DNA of 64,000 nt from an uncultured Verrucomicrobiae bacterium (GCA_963815455.1 CAWFGO010000001.1:576001-640000); one strand, 5' to 3'. Positions 1 through 11,725 are shown, counted from the stretch's first letter. Notes: generated from the sequence alone by a model not told the origin. Numbers and translations are program-made.

Positions 1-212
1 CGCTGGCCGATACGCCGGTTAGCATGAACGTGCTGGTCGGCGACACGAGCGGAAACAAGATCGTGAACGCCTCGGACATCGCGCAAGCCAAGGGCCAGGC
101 GGGAGCGCCGGTTACGGCAGCTAATTTCCGCGAGGATGTAAACGGGGATGGTGGAATCAGCGCCTCCGACGTCTCTCTGGTGAAATCCCACAACGGGAAT
201 AGCGTGCCGTAG
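1..212 (+). CDS. 3' end of a secreted protein with a C-terminal dockerin-like (double Ca-binding loop) module; partial
   Basis: VLVGDTSGNKIVNASD...REDVNGDGGISASD; the same module recurs at 19819-19990 and ~53490-53675. Confidence 0.85.
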   Translation, partial: LADTPVSMNVLVGDTSGNKIVNASDIAQAKGQAGAPVTAANFREDVNGDGGISASDVSLVKSHNGNSVP

Positions 213-326
213 CGGACTGGTGACCGGCTAACAAGACAGCCGTGGATCTGGAGCGCTGATATTCGGAATTCGGATGTCGATGCTGCTGCCAGTTGCTGTC
301 TGGCTTGTGCCGTTACATGTATTGAG

Positions 327-1559
327 GTGACTCGAATCGCGATCGCAGGCGGCGGCGCTGCCGGATTTTTTGCCGCGATCGCAGCCGCTCGGGCGAATCG
401 CCAATGCGAAGTTTCGTTGTTCGAACGCGGCTCGCAGTTCTTATCCAAGGTACGCATCTCAGGCGGGGGTCGCTGCAATGTCACCCATGCCCTGTTCGAT
501 CCGCGAATGTTTACCACCCATTATCCGCGCGGCGAACGCGAGCTGATCTCGCCCTTCCACCGGTTTTCAGCAGACAACACCGTTGCCTGGTTTGAATCGC
601 GCGGCGTTCGCCTCAAACGCGAAGACGACGGGCGAATGTTTCCCGTGACCGATTCATCACAGACGATCATCGATTGCTTGATTAAAGAGGCAAAGGACGC
701 AGGCGTTCGACTTTTCACCCGCAAAGGCATCGACAGTGCGCATGTCCGAGCAACGGGCAAGTTCGAATTGAAATTCAGCGATGGCGAATCGATGGCCTGC
801 GACCGTCTGCTCCTTGCCACCGGCGGATGCCGCAGCGTTGGTGGCGTCGAGCTCGCGCGATCGCTCGGTCACACTGTCGAGCCGCCGGTACCTTCGCTCT
901 TTTCGCTTCATGCGCCCGCGCCGTGGCTGCGCGCGTTGCCCGGGATAACTGTGAGCAATGTGGAATTGTCGGTGGAAAAATTGCGCGAACGCGGGCCGTT
1001 GCTTGTTACGCACAACGGAATTAGCGGACCCGCCGTGCTGCGCCTTTCGGCATGGGGCGCTCGAAGCTTGCACGAAAAAGGCTATCGCTTCCCCCTGCGG
1101 ATAAACTGGATTCCGGGAATGAACGAGGCGGAACTTCGGGCCGAGTTCTACGCGCGGAGAGAGACAGAACCCAATCGACGAGTAAGCAACTCGCCCGTCG
1201 GCGCACTTCCGGCGCGACTATGGGAAAGCCTGGTCGCGAATGCTGGAATTCCTTCGCAAACAATTTGGACCTCGCTTACGCGCGCCGACATGAATAAACT
1301 GGTCCGGCAATTGCGCACGACGGAGATCGAGATCGACGGAAAATCTCTCAACAAAGACGAGTTCGTCACTTGCGGCGGCGTGCGTTTGCGCGAAATCAAT
1401 TTCAAAACCATGGAAAGCCGAATCACACCGAATCTCTATTTTGCCGGAGAACTGCTCGACATCGACGGCCTCACCGGTGGGTTCAATTTCCAAGCCGCCT
1501 GGACAACCGGATGGATCGCGGGTCACGCCATGGCCGGCGTCGAACCAAGTTTGACCTAA
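327..1559 (+). CDS. HI0933/BaiN-family FAD-dependent oxidoreductase
   Basis: GGGAAG FAD motif, KVRISGGGRCNVT, FVTCGGV, LYFAGELLDIDGLTGGFNFQAAWTTG. Confidence 0.93.
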   Translation: MTRIAIAGGGAAGFFAAIAAARANRQCEVSLFERGSQFLSKVRISGGGRCNVTHALFDPRMFTTHYPRGERELISPFHRFSADNTVAWFESRGVRLKREDDGRMFPVTDSSQTIIDCLIKEAKDAGVRLFTRKGIDSAHVRATGKFELKFSDGESMACDRLLLATGGCRSVGGVELARSLGHTVEPPVPSLFSLHAPAPWLRALPGITVSNVELSVEKLRERGPLLVTHNGISGPAVLRLSAWGARSLHEKGYRFPLRINWIPGMNEAELRAEFYARRETEPNRRVSNSPVGALPARLWESLVANAGIPSQTIWTSLTRADMNKLVRQLRTTEIEIDGKSLNKDEFVTCGGVRLREINFKTMESRITPNLYFAGELLDIDGLTGGFNFQAAWTTGWIAGHAMAGVEPSLT

Positions 1560-1576
1560 TTCAATGCCTATCGTGT

Positions 1577-1630
1577 TGTAGCCACGTCGCTGTGCGACGT
1601 GCGCGCACGGCCCGCAGGGCCGTGGCTACA
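1577..1630. repeat. GTAG-type REP-like palindrome
   Basis: tgtagccacg...cgtggctaca inverted arms; related copy at 63703-63801. Confidence 0.75.
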
Positions 1631-1638
1631 GCGAAAAT

Positions 1639-2085
1639 ATGAATCGTAATCTACTTCTGGAAAAACGCGCGGTCGCCGACGTGCGACAAGTATATTCCGA
1701 TCTGGCGCGGAGACCGATCGAGCGCAACTGCGTGCGCAAAACCGAATGTTGCCATTTCAAACTCACCGGGCGCACACCCTATCTGACGAAAGGCGAAGCA
1801 GTCGTTGCGGCAAAAGCGCTTCGCGCCACCGGGCGCAAATCACTCCCGGAAAATCCGAGTGGCGCGTGTCCGATGCTCGAATCAATCACCGGCAACTGCC
1901 TGATCTATGAAGATCGACCATTCGGCTGTCGCACGCATTTTTGCGCCGCTGCCGGTGGACCGGTCGCCCGCCGAGAGGTTCTCGATCTTGTCCGGCGTCT
2001 CGAAGATGTCGATGTTACCCTAAAGGGAAGCGGCCCGAGAATTTTTCACAACGCGATTGCCGATGCGCTCGAAGAGATTCAGTAG
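1639..2085 (+). CDS. YkgJ-family cysteine-cluster protein
   Basis: CxxxxxCC, CPML, CLIYEDRPFGCRTHFC. Confidence 0.88.
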   Translation: MNRNLLLEKRAVADVRQVYSDLARRPIERNCVRKTECCHFKLTGRTPYLTKGEAVVAAKALRATGRKSLPENPSGACPMLESITGNCLIYEDRPFGCRTHFCAAAGGPVARREVLDLVRRLEDVDVTLKGSGPRIFHNAIADALEEIQ

Positions 2086-2097
2086 GCAGACCCGACG

Positions 2098-2889
2098 TCA
2101 AGGGCGTTGATGGAACGCCTTTGTTAACCAGCTCATAGCCTGATCGGCGACTTGCGGTGAAACGCTATGTCCTCCACTGAATTCTCGAAAATCGACATCG
2201 TATCCATTCTTCCGCAGCGACGTGACGAAAACCCGGCTGGACGTCGCGATCGGCAAGACATTATCGCCGAGGCCATGTGCTATAAAGAGCGAAGGTCTTC
2301 CGCGTCCCTGGGCCCTGACGATAAAACCGGGTGAGAATGCGATGACGTAACCGAACACATCGCCGTTGGCCAGACCGAGCGAGAGCGCGTAGGACGCACC
2401 GTCGGAAAATCCTCCGATGGCCAGCCGATTGCGATCGATGTTGCATCGAGCAAACGCCGCTTCCAAAGCGCGATTGATCGCCAGATAATCGTATCCCCAG
2501 TTTTTTGGTCCCGTGCCCCAGCTCTGCCCGGGCGCCTCCGGGGCGAGAATGATGAACCGCCCCTTCTCCGCATACGCGGCATACGACCCCGGTGCCTGAG
2601 CGTGACCGCCAGCGAACCACTCCGAAGCGCTTCCTCCGGATTTGTGCAACAAGACAAGCGAGCGCAGCGCTTCGCTCAGGCGATAACTAGATGGAACGTA
2701 AAGAAGTCCTTTTGTGCCACTGAGCTTTTGCAATCCAGTCGCAGCCGCCGTTTGCGGCGCTGTCTGCGGCGGAAGCACGATTCTTCCAGGTTCCGTGCTT
2801 GCGGCGAAGATTGCCGCTGCACTCAAGCAATTGGCGAGCGCGAAGGCAATCAACGCGCGAGTAATCTTCATAACCTGCCCACTATTCAC
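2098..2889 (-). CDS. Secreted phospholipase/carboxylesterase (alpha/beta hydrolase)
   Basis: Signal peptide, GFSDG nucleophile elbow, HGLGD, GGH catalytic His. Confidence 0.85.
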   Translation of the reverse strand: MNSGQVMKITRALIAFALANCLSAAAIFAASTEPGRIVLPPQTAPQTAAATGLQKLSGTKGLLYVPSSYRLSEALRSLVLLHKSGGSASEWFAGGHAQAPGSYAAYAEKGRFIILAPEAPGQSWGTGPKNWGYDYLAINRALEAAFARCNIDRNRLAIGGFSDGASYALSLGLANGDVFGYVIAFSPGFIVRAQGRGRPSLFIAHGLGDNVLPIATSSRVFVTSLRKNGYDVDFREFSGGHSVSPQVADQAMSWLTKAFHQRP

Positions 2890-4202
2890 TGATCGAAAGA
2901 AGGCTCGGAGTCATTCTTAGGCGAGAGCAGCTTCTGTTTCTCCTCACTTGTGAGAGAACTGCTCGCAATCCAGCCGCGAGCCGCGTCGGGTTCATTTGCC
3001 AGCCACTGCTGGACAACGCCTTCGACGACGTTCGTTCGCAATTCGGTGTCTTGCATCAGCAGGGCTAACGAAAGGGAGTCCTGCGGTGAAATTGTTTTGG
3101 CGTTTCCGATGGCCGCCCGGATGGCTGTATCCCGAATGTCCCCCTGCAGCGAGCTGATCCAGGTTGATGCTTCCTTAAAATTCATCTCTGCCCAGACTGC
3201 TGCCAGACCCACCGCGGCAGTGCTTTGATCAGCTTCAGTAAGATTACCGAACCAGCGCGCGGCGGCTACTGGATCCTTATTCGCCCATCGCGCTGCGAGC
3301 TTGCTTGTGGCTCCTGCTCTCGCTTCAGAAGATGAAATCCCGCGCACCCAGTTCGCTGCTTTATCGGGCGATTGATCAAACAATGAATGAACCGCAACTC
3401 CTAAAACGACGCTGTCGGACGCGCTAGGCTCATCCGGATGACTAGCGATGTATGCAGCAGCCGCATCAATGTCTCTTTCGCACCAACCGCGAATTACGTA
3501 GGTAAGCAATGTATCCGCCCCTTCTACATGCAATTGTTGTTGTCGGTTTGCCCATGCAATGGCTGCGCTTGGATCGACTGTAGCCCAAGAGAACGCAATC
3601 TCTTGCCCGGCGGAAGCAAGAGCGTTTCTTGTATCGCTACCAAGGCTATCCAGAAAATTCGCAGCCGCTGGCGCGTCAGTTTCCGACCAGTGCGCAATTA
3701 GCGTCGACAAAAACCGGCCGCGAGATGTATTTGGGAATTCTGGATCAGGGTTGGCCAAGAGGTACTTCGCCAGTTCTGGGGAATCGTACGGCGAAACAGA
3801 ATTTACGACCGTATTGATGGCGGTTAATCTGAGCTTCGCGTCTTTGAGCCCAAGCGCGCTTTGAAGGGCTTTTTTCCCGTCAAGTTCGGACCAAGCTTGA
3901 AAGAATACGGCCGTGGCTGCATGAGTGGGGCCATTGTAGCGCAAGTCATCGAACTTTCGTACTAATGCCGTTATCTGCTCCGGGGTCGCGCGGGAGAGGA
4001 CTTGGTACAGTTCAGATGGCGGGACCGAGCCGATCTTGTCCACTCGCATTTGCGAGATGTCGCTGGCACTGAGATCGCGTTGGCGACTGACTTGGCCTCG
4101 ATCAGCTCGCGCGCTTTGCGTTGGCGCCGAATCGGACGAAACCTTTCCGTGCCGGACTCGAAGATCGATGACCAACACGATGATTGTGACTAACGCTATC
4201 AT
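2886..4202 (-). CDS. Membrane-anchored helical-repeat hypothetical protein
   Basis: N-terminal hydrophobic anchor and repeated W-x3-D(P)xAAxxW units; overlaps the hydrolase start by 4 nt. Confidence 0.7.
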   Translation of the reverse strand: MIALVTIIVLVIDLRVRHGKVSSDSAPTQSARADRGQVSRQRDLSASDISQMRVDKIGSVPPSELYQVLSRATPEQITALVRKFDDLRYNGPTHAATAVFFQAWSELDGKKALQSALGLKDAKLRLTAINTVVNSVSPYDSPELAKYLLANPDPEFPNTSRGRFLSTLIAHWSETDAPAAANFLDSLGSDTRNALASAGQEIAFSWATVDPSAAIAWANRQQQLHVEGADTLLTYVIRGWCERDIDAAAAYIASHPDEPSASDSVVLGVAVHSLFDQSPDKAANWVRGISSSEARAGATSKLAARWANKDPVAAARWFGNLTEADQSTAAVGLAAVWAEMNFKEASTWISSLQGDIRDTAIRAAIGNAKTISPQDSLSLALLMQDTELRTNVVEGVVQQWLANEPDAARGWIASSSLTSEEKQKLLSPKNDSEPSFDQ

Positions 4203-4346
4203 TGCGTTAATCGTCGTCGCCAGGCGCCAATTCGTTTTCGTGCCTCGAAAACTAACACAGACCCAGGCGGCGAAACAATGCCGCTGAGCGAATAACTTTT
4301 GACCTAGAACGAAACGCCCGCGTGCGTTCGAGTTGGCAGAACCGAT

Positions 4347-6107
4347 TTACTTCTTCTTCGATTCCTTCTTCTCGCGCTTGGATTCTTTCGCTTCTTTCTC
4401 TTTCGGCTCCTTCGGCTCTTTGGCAGCTTTCTTGGATTCACCGGGGCGATATTCTTCCTGCTCGGCGGCGGCGAAGGCTTTCTCCAGACCCACCATGTCT
4501 TCGCCGGGCCGGAGCGTGTCGAAGGTCTCGGCTTCCTTGCGCAATTGTTCTTCGGTGTAGTTGGCGGCCTTGATCGATAGCCCGATCCGGCGCTCGACTT
4601 TGTCCACCTTGATGACCCGTGCTTCGACCTCCTGGCCGACTTTGAGCACGTCTTTTACTTTGGCCACGCGTTCTTCGCTCAATTGCGAGATGTGAACGAG
4701 GCCGTCGATGTCGTCCTGTAATTGCACGAACGCGCCGAAGCTGGCCAGCTTGGTCACTTTGCCCGTCACCAGATCGCCGATCTTGTATTTCTGATCGATG
4801 TTCTTCCACGGATCTTCGCTCAGTTGCTTGATGCCGAGACTGATCCGCTGGTTCGTCTTGTCGATGTCGATGACTTCGGCCTCGACCTCGTCACCCTTCT
4901 TAAACATTTCGCTCGGGTGATTGATCTTGCGGGTCCAGCTCAAGTCGGACACGTGGATCATGCCGTCGATCCCTTCATCAAGCTCCACGAACGCGCCGTA
5001 AGCGGTCATGTTGCGGATCTTGCCCTTCACGTGGCTGCCGATGGTAAACTTCTTCTCGATCTCGTCCCACGGGTTCGTTTCCAACTGACGCAGCCCTAAT
5101 GAAATTTTCTGCTCTTCCTTGTTCACACCGAGCACAACAGCTTCGACTTCCTGGCCGGTGGTCAAAATATCCGACGGGCGCAGAATTCGTTTTGTCCAGG
5201 AAAGTTCGGAAACGTGGATGAGCCCCTCGACGCCTTCTTCCAATTCCACAAACGCGCCGTAGGGAACGATGTTGGTGATCTTGCCTTTGACCTTCTGACC
5301 GGCCGGGAATCGCTCTTCAATCTGGTCCCACGGATTCTTCTGGGTCTGTTTCAGGCCTAACGAAACACGTTCTTTCTCCTTGTTGATATCGAGCACCACG
5401 ACTTCGAGTTGCTGACCGACTTTCAATAGCTCGCTCGGATGCCCGAGCCGGCCCCAGGTCATGTCGGTGATATGAAGCAGGCCGTCCATGCCATCGAGAT
5501 CGATGAACGCGCCGAAGTCGGTGAGATTTTTCACTGTCCCCGTTACCCGGTCGTTGACGTTTACGCCTTCCATGAATTTTTGGCGCTTCTCGCTTCGCTC
5601 CTGCTCGATCAATTCGCGCCGGCTCAGGACCACGTTGCGACGGTCGTCGTTGATCTTGACGATTTTGAAATCGTAGGTGTTGCCCACGAACTGCTGCAAA
5701 TCTTTCGGCGGCACGATGTCGATCTGCGACGCCGGCAAAAAGGCTTCCACGCCGATGTTCACCATGAGCCCGCCTTTAACGACCGATTTCACCTTGCCTT
5801 TAATCAGGCCGTCGGCCTCAAACACGCCCGCGATCTTGTTCCAATTCTGCCGATAAGCGGCTTTTTCCTTGGAGAGAACGACCATTCCCTCATCGTTCTC
5901 GAGGCGCTCCAGGAGCACGTCCACTTCGTCGCCTACTTCGAGATGCTCGACATCTTCAAACTCCGAGATCGAAATGATGCCTTCCGATTTGTAACCGATG
6001 TCCACCAGCACCTCGCGTGGGCGAACCTCGAGAATACGGCCTTTAACGATACTTCCCTCGCGGAAGTCCGGCATCGGCTTCGACATAACATCCTGCATTT
6101 GCACCAT
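4347..6107 (-). CDS. rpsA: 30S ribosomal protein S1
   Basis: Tandem S1 domains (YGAFVEL, DGLLHITDM, RVSLGLKQ). Start set at ATG 6107 behind AAGGAGG; Lys/Glu-rich tail. Confidence 0.97.
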   Translation of the reverse strand: MVQMQDVMSKPMPDFREGSIVKGRILEVRPREVLVDIGYKSEGIISISEFEDVEHLEVGDEVDVLLERLENDEGMVVLSKEKAAYRQNWNKIAGVFEADGLIKGKVKSVVKGGLMVNIGVEAFLPASQIDIVPPKDLQQFVGNTYDFKIVKINDDRRNVVLSRRELIEQERSEKRQKFMEGVNVNDRVTGTVKNLTDFGAFIDLDGMDGLLHITDMTWGRLGHPSELLKVGQQLEVVVLDINKEKERVSLGLKQTQKNPWDQIEERFPAGQKVKGKITNIVPYGAFVELEEGVEGLIHVSELSWTKRILRPSDILTTGQEVEAVVLGVNKEEQKISLGLRQLETNPWDEIEKKFTIGSHVKGKIRNMTAYGAFVELDEGIDGMIHVSDLSWTRKINHPSEMFKKGDEVEAEVIDIDKTNQRISLGIKQLSEDPWKNIDQKYKIGDLVTGKVTKLASFGAFVQLQDDIDGLVHISQLSEERVAKVKDVLKVGQEVEARVIKVDKVERRIGLSIKAANYTEEQLRKEAETFDTLRPGEDMVGLEKAFAAAEQEEYRPGESKKAAKEPKEPKEKEAKESKREKKESKKK

Positions 6108-6197
6108 AATATAAAAAAGGCCTCCTTCGGGCACAGCGACGCTCTCATCGAACGCCGATTTTTCCGCGTAGATTAACCGGGCGGAAACGGGGAGCCC

Positions 6198-6226
6198 AAA
6201 GTAGGCGCTTTCGCCATGGGCGTCAA
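6198..6226 (-). promoter_or_regulatory. Putative sigma70 promoter of rpsA
   Basis: TTGACG-17 nt-TACTTT on the minus strand, ~90 nt upstream of the start. Confidence 0.6.
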
Positions 6227-6298
6227 CCTGGATAAGCGCAGTCAATATTGAGGGTTGGACGTTGAGCGTTGGGCGTTTTCCCCTTACGTTGAATAGCT

Positions 6299-6862
6299 AT
6301 GTCGATCCTCCGGTTATTGATCTTCCGTGCATCGATCTGCACTGGGCTGGTGGCAGGGAGCTTTAGTCCCGTCAGCGGCCAGGACGAATTGGACAGAGAT
6401 CTCGTGCCCAAGCCCTCGACGGAACAAGAGCTTCTCCAGGCAATCAAATCGCCAGAACTAAGTGTCGTTCATCTTTGGGCGCCGTGGTGCTCAAATTGCC
6501 AGACCGAACTCAAGAGCGGCGGCTGGTCTAAAATGGTCGCGGAGAATCCGCAGGTGAAATTCTATTTCGTTTCGGTTTGGAACGGCGGCGACAACGGACG
6601 AGCCATGTTGAAGAAGTTCGGGATCGCGAATCAACCAAACGTCGCGATTCTGGCCGACCCGGGTCCGCGACGCGGCGATAATAAGATCAAGCAATTTGCC
6701 GGGTTACCGTTCTCATGGATTCCGACGACGTGGATCTATAAAGGCGGCGATCTCTTCTATGCGCTCAATTATGGCGAAGTGCGGTTCCCGGTGCTCCAGC
6801 AATTTCTTGAAGACAGCAAATCGGAATGGTCGCACAAGGGCGAACCGAAACTCGAAGAATGA
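6299..6862 (+). CDS. Exported thioredoxin/TlpA-like protein
   Basis: Signal peptide, LWAPWCSNC, WIPTT cis-Pro motif. Confidence 0.85.
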   Translation: MSILRLLIFRASICTGLVAGSFSPVSGQDELDRDLVPKPSTEQELLQAIKSPELSVVHLWAPWCSNCQTELKSGGWSKMVAENPQVKFYFVSVWNGGDNGRAMLKKFGIANQPNVAILADPGPRRGDNKIKQFAGLPFSWIPTTWIYKGGDLFYALNYGEVRFPVLQQFLEDSKSEWSHKGEPKLEE

Positions 6863-7711
6863 CGGCGGCAACTGTTTCGCCGAGCAGCGCCAAAGTGAAG
6901 TTTCGCCTGGCCGGCGGAGCGCAGCCTCTGATTCTCTTGCCGGTCCACATCAACGGCGAGCGGGCCGTTCGACTTCATTCTCGATACCGGCGCGGGAACA
7001 TCGCTGCTTTCGTTGGAATCGGCCAAACAACTCGATCTCAAAACGATCGGTTCCAAACAAGGACAGAGCGCAGGCGGCAAGGTTTCCGTGTCGCTCGCGA
7101 AAGTGCACTCTCTCGCCGTCGGCAGCACGAAGCTCGCCGATGTCGATGTTGGAATTGTCGATCTTGCCCACATCGGTAAGACCATCGGCGCCAGGATCGA
7201 CGGCGACCTCGGTTACAATTTCCTCAAACATTTCCGGATCACCATCGATTACCAAGCCTGCGAGATTCGCCTGGATGATCCGAAGCGGATCGAAAGTTTC
7301 GGGCGCGCCGCGATCACGGAGGTCCCGATTCGTCTGGCCAGTCCGGCCAAACCGCTGGTCCTGGTCGATGTTTACGCAAATGGCGCGCGGGCCGTTTCAA
7401 TTCGCCATCGACACCGGAACATCGACCAGCGCGATCACGCCGGAGCTGGCGAGACAATTGGATATCGAAGAGTTCGCCCATTGGACCGGCCACCACCGGC
7501 GGCGCGCATGTCGATGTGACCGCCGGCGCCATGCGCAGTCTTCCAAGTCGGCGACGCCAGGATCGACAATTTTGCTGTCGTGATTGCCGATTTCTTCGCT
7601 AACTTGAGCCAGGTAGTTGGCGCGAAGCTCGACGGCATCGTCGGCTACAATTTCCTGCGTAATTACAAAGTCGTGATCGATTATCCAAATGAAACGCTCA
7701 GCCTGATTTAG
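6859..7711 (+). CDS. Two-domain retropepsin-like aspartyl protease (frameshifted)
   Basis: Two GPF.F..DTG motifs and DG.(L/V)GYNFL motifs recovered across frames. Confidence 0.8.
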
Positions 7712-7713
7712 CC

Positions 7714-9157
7714 ATGATCGAAGTCCCGACCGCTCCAACAAGTTCGACAAAGAAATCGCCCGCGATTCTTTCCCTGATCGGCGACACGCCGTTGGTGGAA
7801 ATCACGCAGATCGACACCGGGCCGTGCCAGCTCTTCCTCAAACTGGAAAATCAAAATCCGACCGGTTCGATCAAGGACAGGATTGCGCTTTCCATGATCG
7901 AGGCGGCGGAACACGAGGACAAACTGAAGCCGGGCGGCACGGTCATCGAAGCGACGGCCGGGAACACCGGCCTGGGTCTGGCGCTGGTTGCCGGCGCCAA
8001 GGGTTATCGCGTCCTGCTCGTCATTCCCGACAAGATGTCGCAGGAGAAAATTTCGCACGTCAAAGCGCTCGGCGCGGAAGTGCGGATCACGCGTTCCGAC
8101 GTTACCCGGGGTCATCCGGAATATTATCAGGACGTGGCCGCACGCCTGGCCGAAGAAATTCCCGGCGCGTTTTACGTGAATCAATTCAGTAATCCGGCCA
8201 ATCCCCTCGCCCACGAGCGCAGTACGGGCCCGGAAATCTGGGAGCAGATGCGACACGATGTCGATGCTGTCGTGGTTGGCGTGGGTTCCGGTGGCACGCT
8301 CACCGGTCTGGGCCGGTTCTTCAATCGCGTCAAACCGCGCCGCGGGATCGAAATGATTCTGGCCGATCCCACCGGCTCGGTTCTGTATGAATACGTCAAG
8401 CTGGGCAGGCTGGTTGAGGCCGGCAGTTGGGCGGTCGAAGGCATCGGCGAAGATTTTATTCCCGACATTGCCGACATGTCGCTGGTAACGGATGCGTTTG
8501 AGATCGACGATGCGGAAAGTTTCGCCACGGTGCGCGAGCTGTTGCGACGGGAAGGGATTTTTGGCGGTTCATCCACCGGCACACTGGTCGCCGCGGCGCT
8601 GCGCTATTGCCGCAAGCAAACCAAGCCCAAACGCGTAGTCAGCTTCGTTCCCGATACCGGCAACAAATATCTCTCGAAAATGTATAACGATTTTTGGATG
8701 GCCGAGCAGGGTTTCATTCATCGGCCGTTGCAGGGCGATTTGAGCGATCTGATTTCGCATCGATACGAGGCCGGCGAAGTCATCACCGTTGGGCCGGACG
8801 ATTCGCTGCTGACTGCATTCAAGACGGATGCGCGGCTCGGATATCTCGCAGCTTCCGGTTGTCGATCAAAGCGGGCGGGCGCTGGGCATTGTTGATGAAT
8901 CCGATCTGCTGATGAAAGTCCATCGCGATTCCACGCATTTCAACGACCCGGTCCAGACCGCCATGACCGATCGGCTGGAGACGCTCCCGTCCGATGCGAA
9001 ATTGAAAGATCTGCTCGACGTCTTCGATCGCGGTCGCGTCGCCATCGTAATGGACAACGACAAATTTCTCGGCCTGATCACACGCACCGATTTGCTTTCC
9101 TATTTGCGGTTACACATGCCGAAATCCGCGGCGCCGCCGGAGCGCGAGTACGTATGA
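7714..9157 (+). CDS. cbs: Cystathionine beta-synthase (PLP domain plus CBS pair), frameshift near 8822
   Basis: LKLENQNPTGSIKDR, GVGSGGT, PDTGNKYLSKMYND; C-terminal CBS domains in ORF 8828-9157. Confidence 0.9.
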
Positions 9158-9267
9158 GGTGGATCGTGACCTCCGGGCGCGATGCTGATTAATGCGCCTT
9201 CGGCGCCAAACTTAACAACGCGCTCGGAGATCGCGTTCCACCCATAAGCGATTAAAATTAGATCGAC

Positions 9268-10429
9268 ATGAAGAGACAAAACGAGTTTGCCACGCGCGCC
9301 ATCCACGCCGGCCAGGAACCCGATCCCACCACCGGCGCGATCATGACGCCGATCTACGCCACATCGACCTACGTCCAGGAAAGCCCGGGCAAACATAAAG
9401 GCTACGATTACGCGCGCTCCATCAATCCCACCCGGCTCGCTTACGAAAAGTGCATCGCCGATTTGGAGAGCGGGACTCGCGGATTCGCCTTCGCTTCCGG
9501 CCTTGCCGCGATGTCCACCGCGCTCGAATTGATCGAGAGCGGTTCGCACGTCGTGGCCAGCGACGATCTTTACGGAGGCACCTTTCGCCTTTTCGAAAAA
9601 GTGCGAAAACGTTCGGCCAATCTCGATTTCACCTATCTCGATCTGACCGACCCGCAGGATTTCGAACGCGCGATCAAAAAAAACACGCGCATGGTCTGGA
9701 TCGAAACGCCGAGCAATCCATTGCTCAAACTGATCGACCTGGATGCGATCTCGAAAATCGCGCGCGAACACAACATCATCTCTGTTTCCGACAACACATT
9801 CGCGACGCCGTGGATCCAACGGCCGATCGAGAACGGCTTCGACCTCGTGCTCCATTCCGCCACCAAATATCTGAACGGACATTCCGATTTGGTCAGCGGC
9901 GCGATCGTTGTTGGCGAAAAGAAGGATCTCGGCGATCAAATTGCGTTCTTGCAAAATTCGGTCGGCGCGATTGCGGGACCATTCGAGAGCTTTCTGGTGA
10001 TGCGCAGCTTGAAAACTCTGTCGGTGCGCATGGAGCGGCACTGCTCAAATGCGCTCGAGATCGCGCGCTGGCTGGAGGAGCAACCCCAGGTGAAATCGGT
10101 CAGCTATCCCGGACTCAAGTCGCATCCGCAACACGACCTCGCCCGGCAACAAATGCGCGGGTTCGGCGGAATGGTGACGATCGTTCTCAAGACCGATCTC
10201 GATGGGTACGAAGCGTTTCCTGGAAAACACGCATCTGTTTTCGTTGGCCGAAAGTTTGGGCGGCGTCGAAAGTCTCATCAATCATCCTGCGTTAATGACC
10301 CACGCGTCGGTGCCGAAGGAACAACGCGATGCGTTGGGCATAACCGATTCGCTCGTCAGGTTGTCGGTCGGCATTGAAGACGTGCGCGATTTGATCGACG
10401 ATCTGCAATTCGCGTTCGAAGCGATCTAA
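9268..10429 (+). CDS. Cystathionine gamma-lyase/synthase, frameshift near 10205
   Basis: FATRAIHAG, YDYARS, HSATKYLNGHSD, LAESLGGVESL, VRLSVGIED. Confidence 0.93.
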
Positions 10430-10435
10430 GTTATT

Positions 10436-10578
10436 TCCGGGAAGCGCAGGCTGCCAGCCTGCAGTTGCCGGCAGCTTCCGGCGACATGCTGAAACGGCTT
10501 CAAAGCCTCAGACGCGTTGAAGTCAGGCGAAGAGGTCTCGGCAAGCGCCAGACCCACAGGCCAGCGGCTGTGCTCCCC
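10436..10578. repeat. Long imperfect palindromic intergenic repeat
   Basis: gggaagcgcaggctgc...gcggctgtgctcccc arms; similar architecture at 58369-58516. Confidence 0.6.
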
Positions 10579-10628
10579 GAGAGCAATTGCGCGTTGTTAT
10601 TGCGCGACATCAACTATTTTCCATCCAA

Positions 10629-11725
10629 ATGGGTAACACCTTCGGCCAACTCTTTCGCGTTACCACCTTTGGCGAATCGCACGGCGGCGCGGTCGGTGTA
10701 GTGATCGACGGTTGTCCGCCCAGGATCGACATCGGCGAAGCGGACATTCAACGCGAACTCGATCGGCGGCGGCCCGGCCAAAGTAAAATCACTACGCAAC
10801 GTAAAGAGGAGGACCGATGCGAGATTCTTTCGGGCGTGTTTGAAGGCAGGACGCTTGGGACGCCGATCGCCATTTGCGTCCGCAACCACGATGCGCGGCC
10901 CGAAGATTATTTGGCCATGGCTACGGCCTATCGTCCCTCGCACGCCGATTACACCTACGAGGCGAAGTATGGAATCCGAAACTGGCAGGGAGGCGGGCGG
11001 GCCTCGGCACGGGAAACGATCGGCCGAGTCGCGGCCGGCGCGGTGGCGCGAACAGTGCTGAGCGAATTCTATCCGAAGATCGACATCGTCGCATATGTGA
11101 CGCAAATCCATGAGATCGCCGCGAAGATCGACCGTTCGAAAACCAACAAGGAAAGATGTCGATGCAAATATTGTTCGATGCCCGGATCGGGCCGCGTCGA
11201 AAACGATGATAAAATTGATCGAGCAGGCCCGTGACCAGGGAGATTCCCTCGGGGGAATCATCGAGTGCGTGGTCCGCAACGCGCCTGCCGGATTAGGCGA
11301 ACCGGTCTTCGATAAACTGGAGGCCGATCTGGCCAGGGCCATGTTGAGTCTGCCGGCAACGAAAGGGTTCGAAATCGGCTCGGGGTTTGCCGCGACGAAA
11401 ATGCGCGGCTCGGAACATAACGATCCGTTCGAAACGCGCGGCGGAAAAATTCGAACATCGACAAATTATTCCGGCGGAATCCAGGGCGGGATCAGCAACG
11501 GCGAAGAGATTTATTTTCGAGTCGCGTTCAAACCAACGGCGACAATCGGGCGCGAACAAAAAACGGTGACCGCCGCGGGCAAGAAAGCCAAGCTGGCCGC
11601 GCGCGGGACGCCACGATCCTTGCGTCCTGCCCCGAGCGGTGCCAATTGTCGAAGCGATGACTGCGCTGGTACTGTGCGATCACGCATTGCGGCAGCGTGC
11701 CCTCAACCCTGCCGCCACAAAATGA
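10629..11725 (+). CDS. aroC: Chorismate synthase (two frameshifts)
   Basis: [51 protein letters not shown]. Confidence 0.95.

Noticed and set aside
6108..6245. N-terminal extension of S1 in the ORF track
   Set aside because: The region contains the promoter and Shine-Dalgarno; the real start is probably 6107.
9100..10041. Long antisense ORFs (also 5439-6176, 24962-25765, 55496-56542, 59357-60301)
   Set aside because: Shadow frames of well-supported genes in GC-rich DNA.
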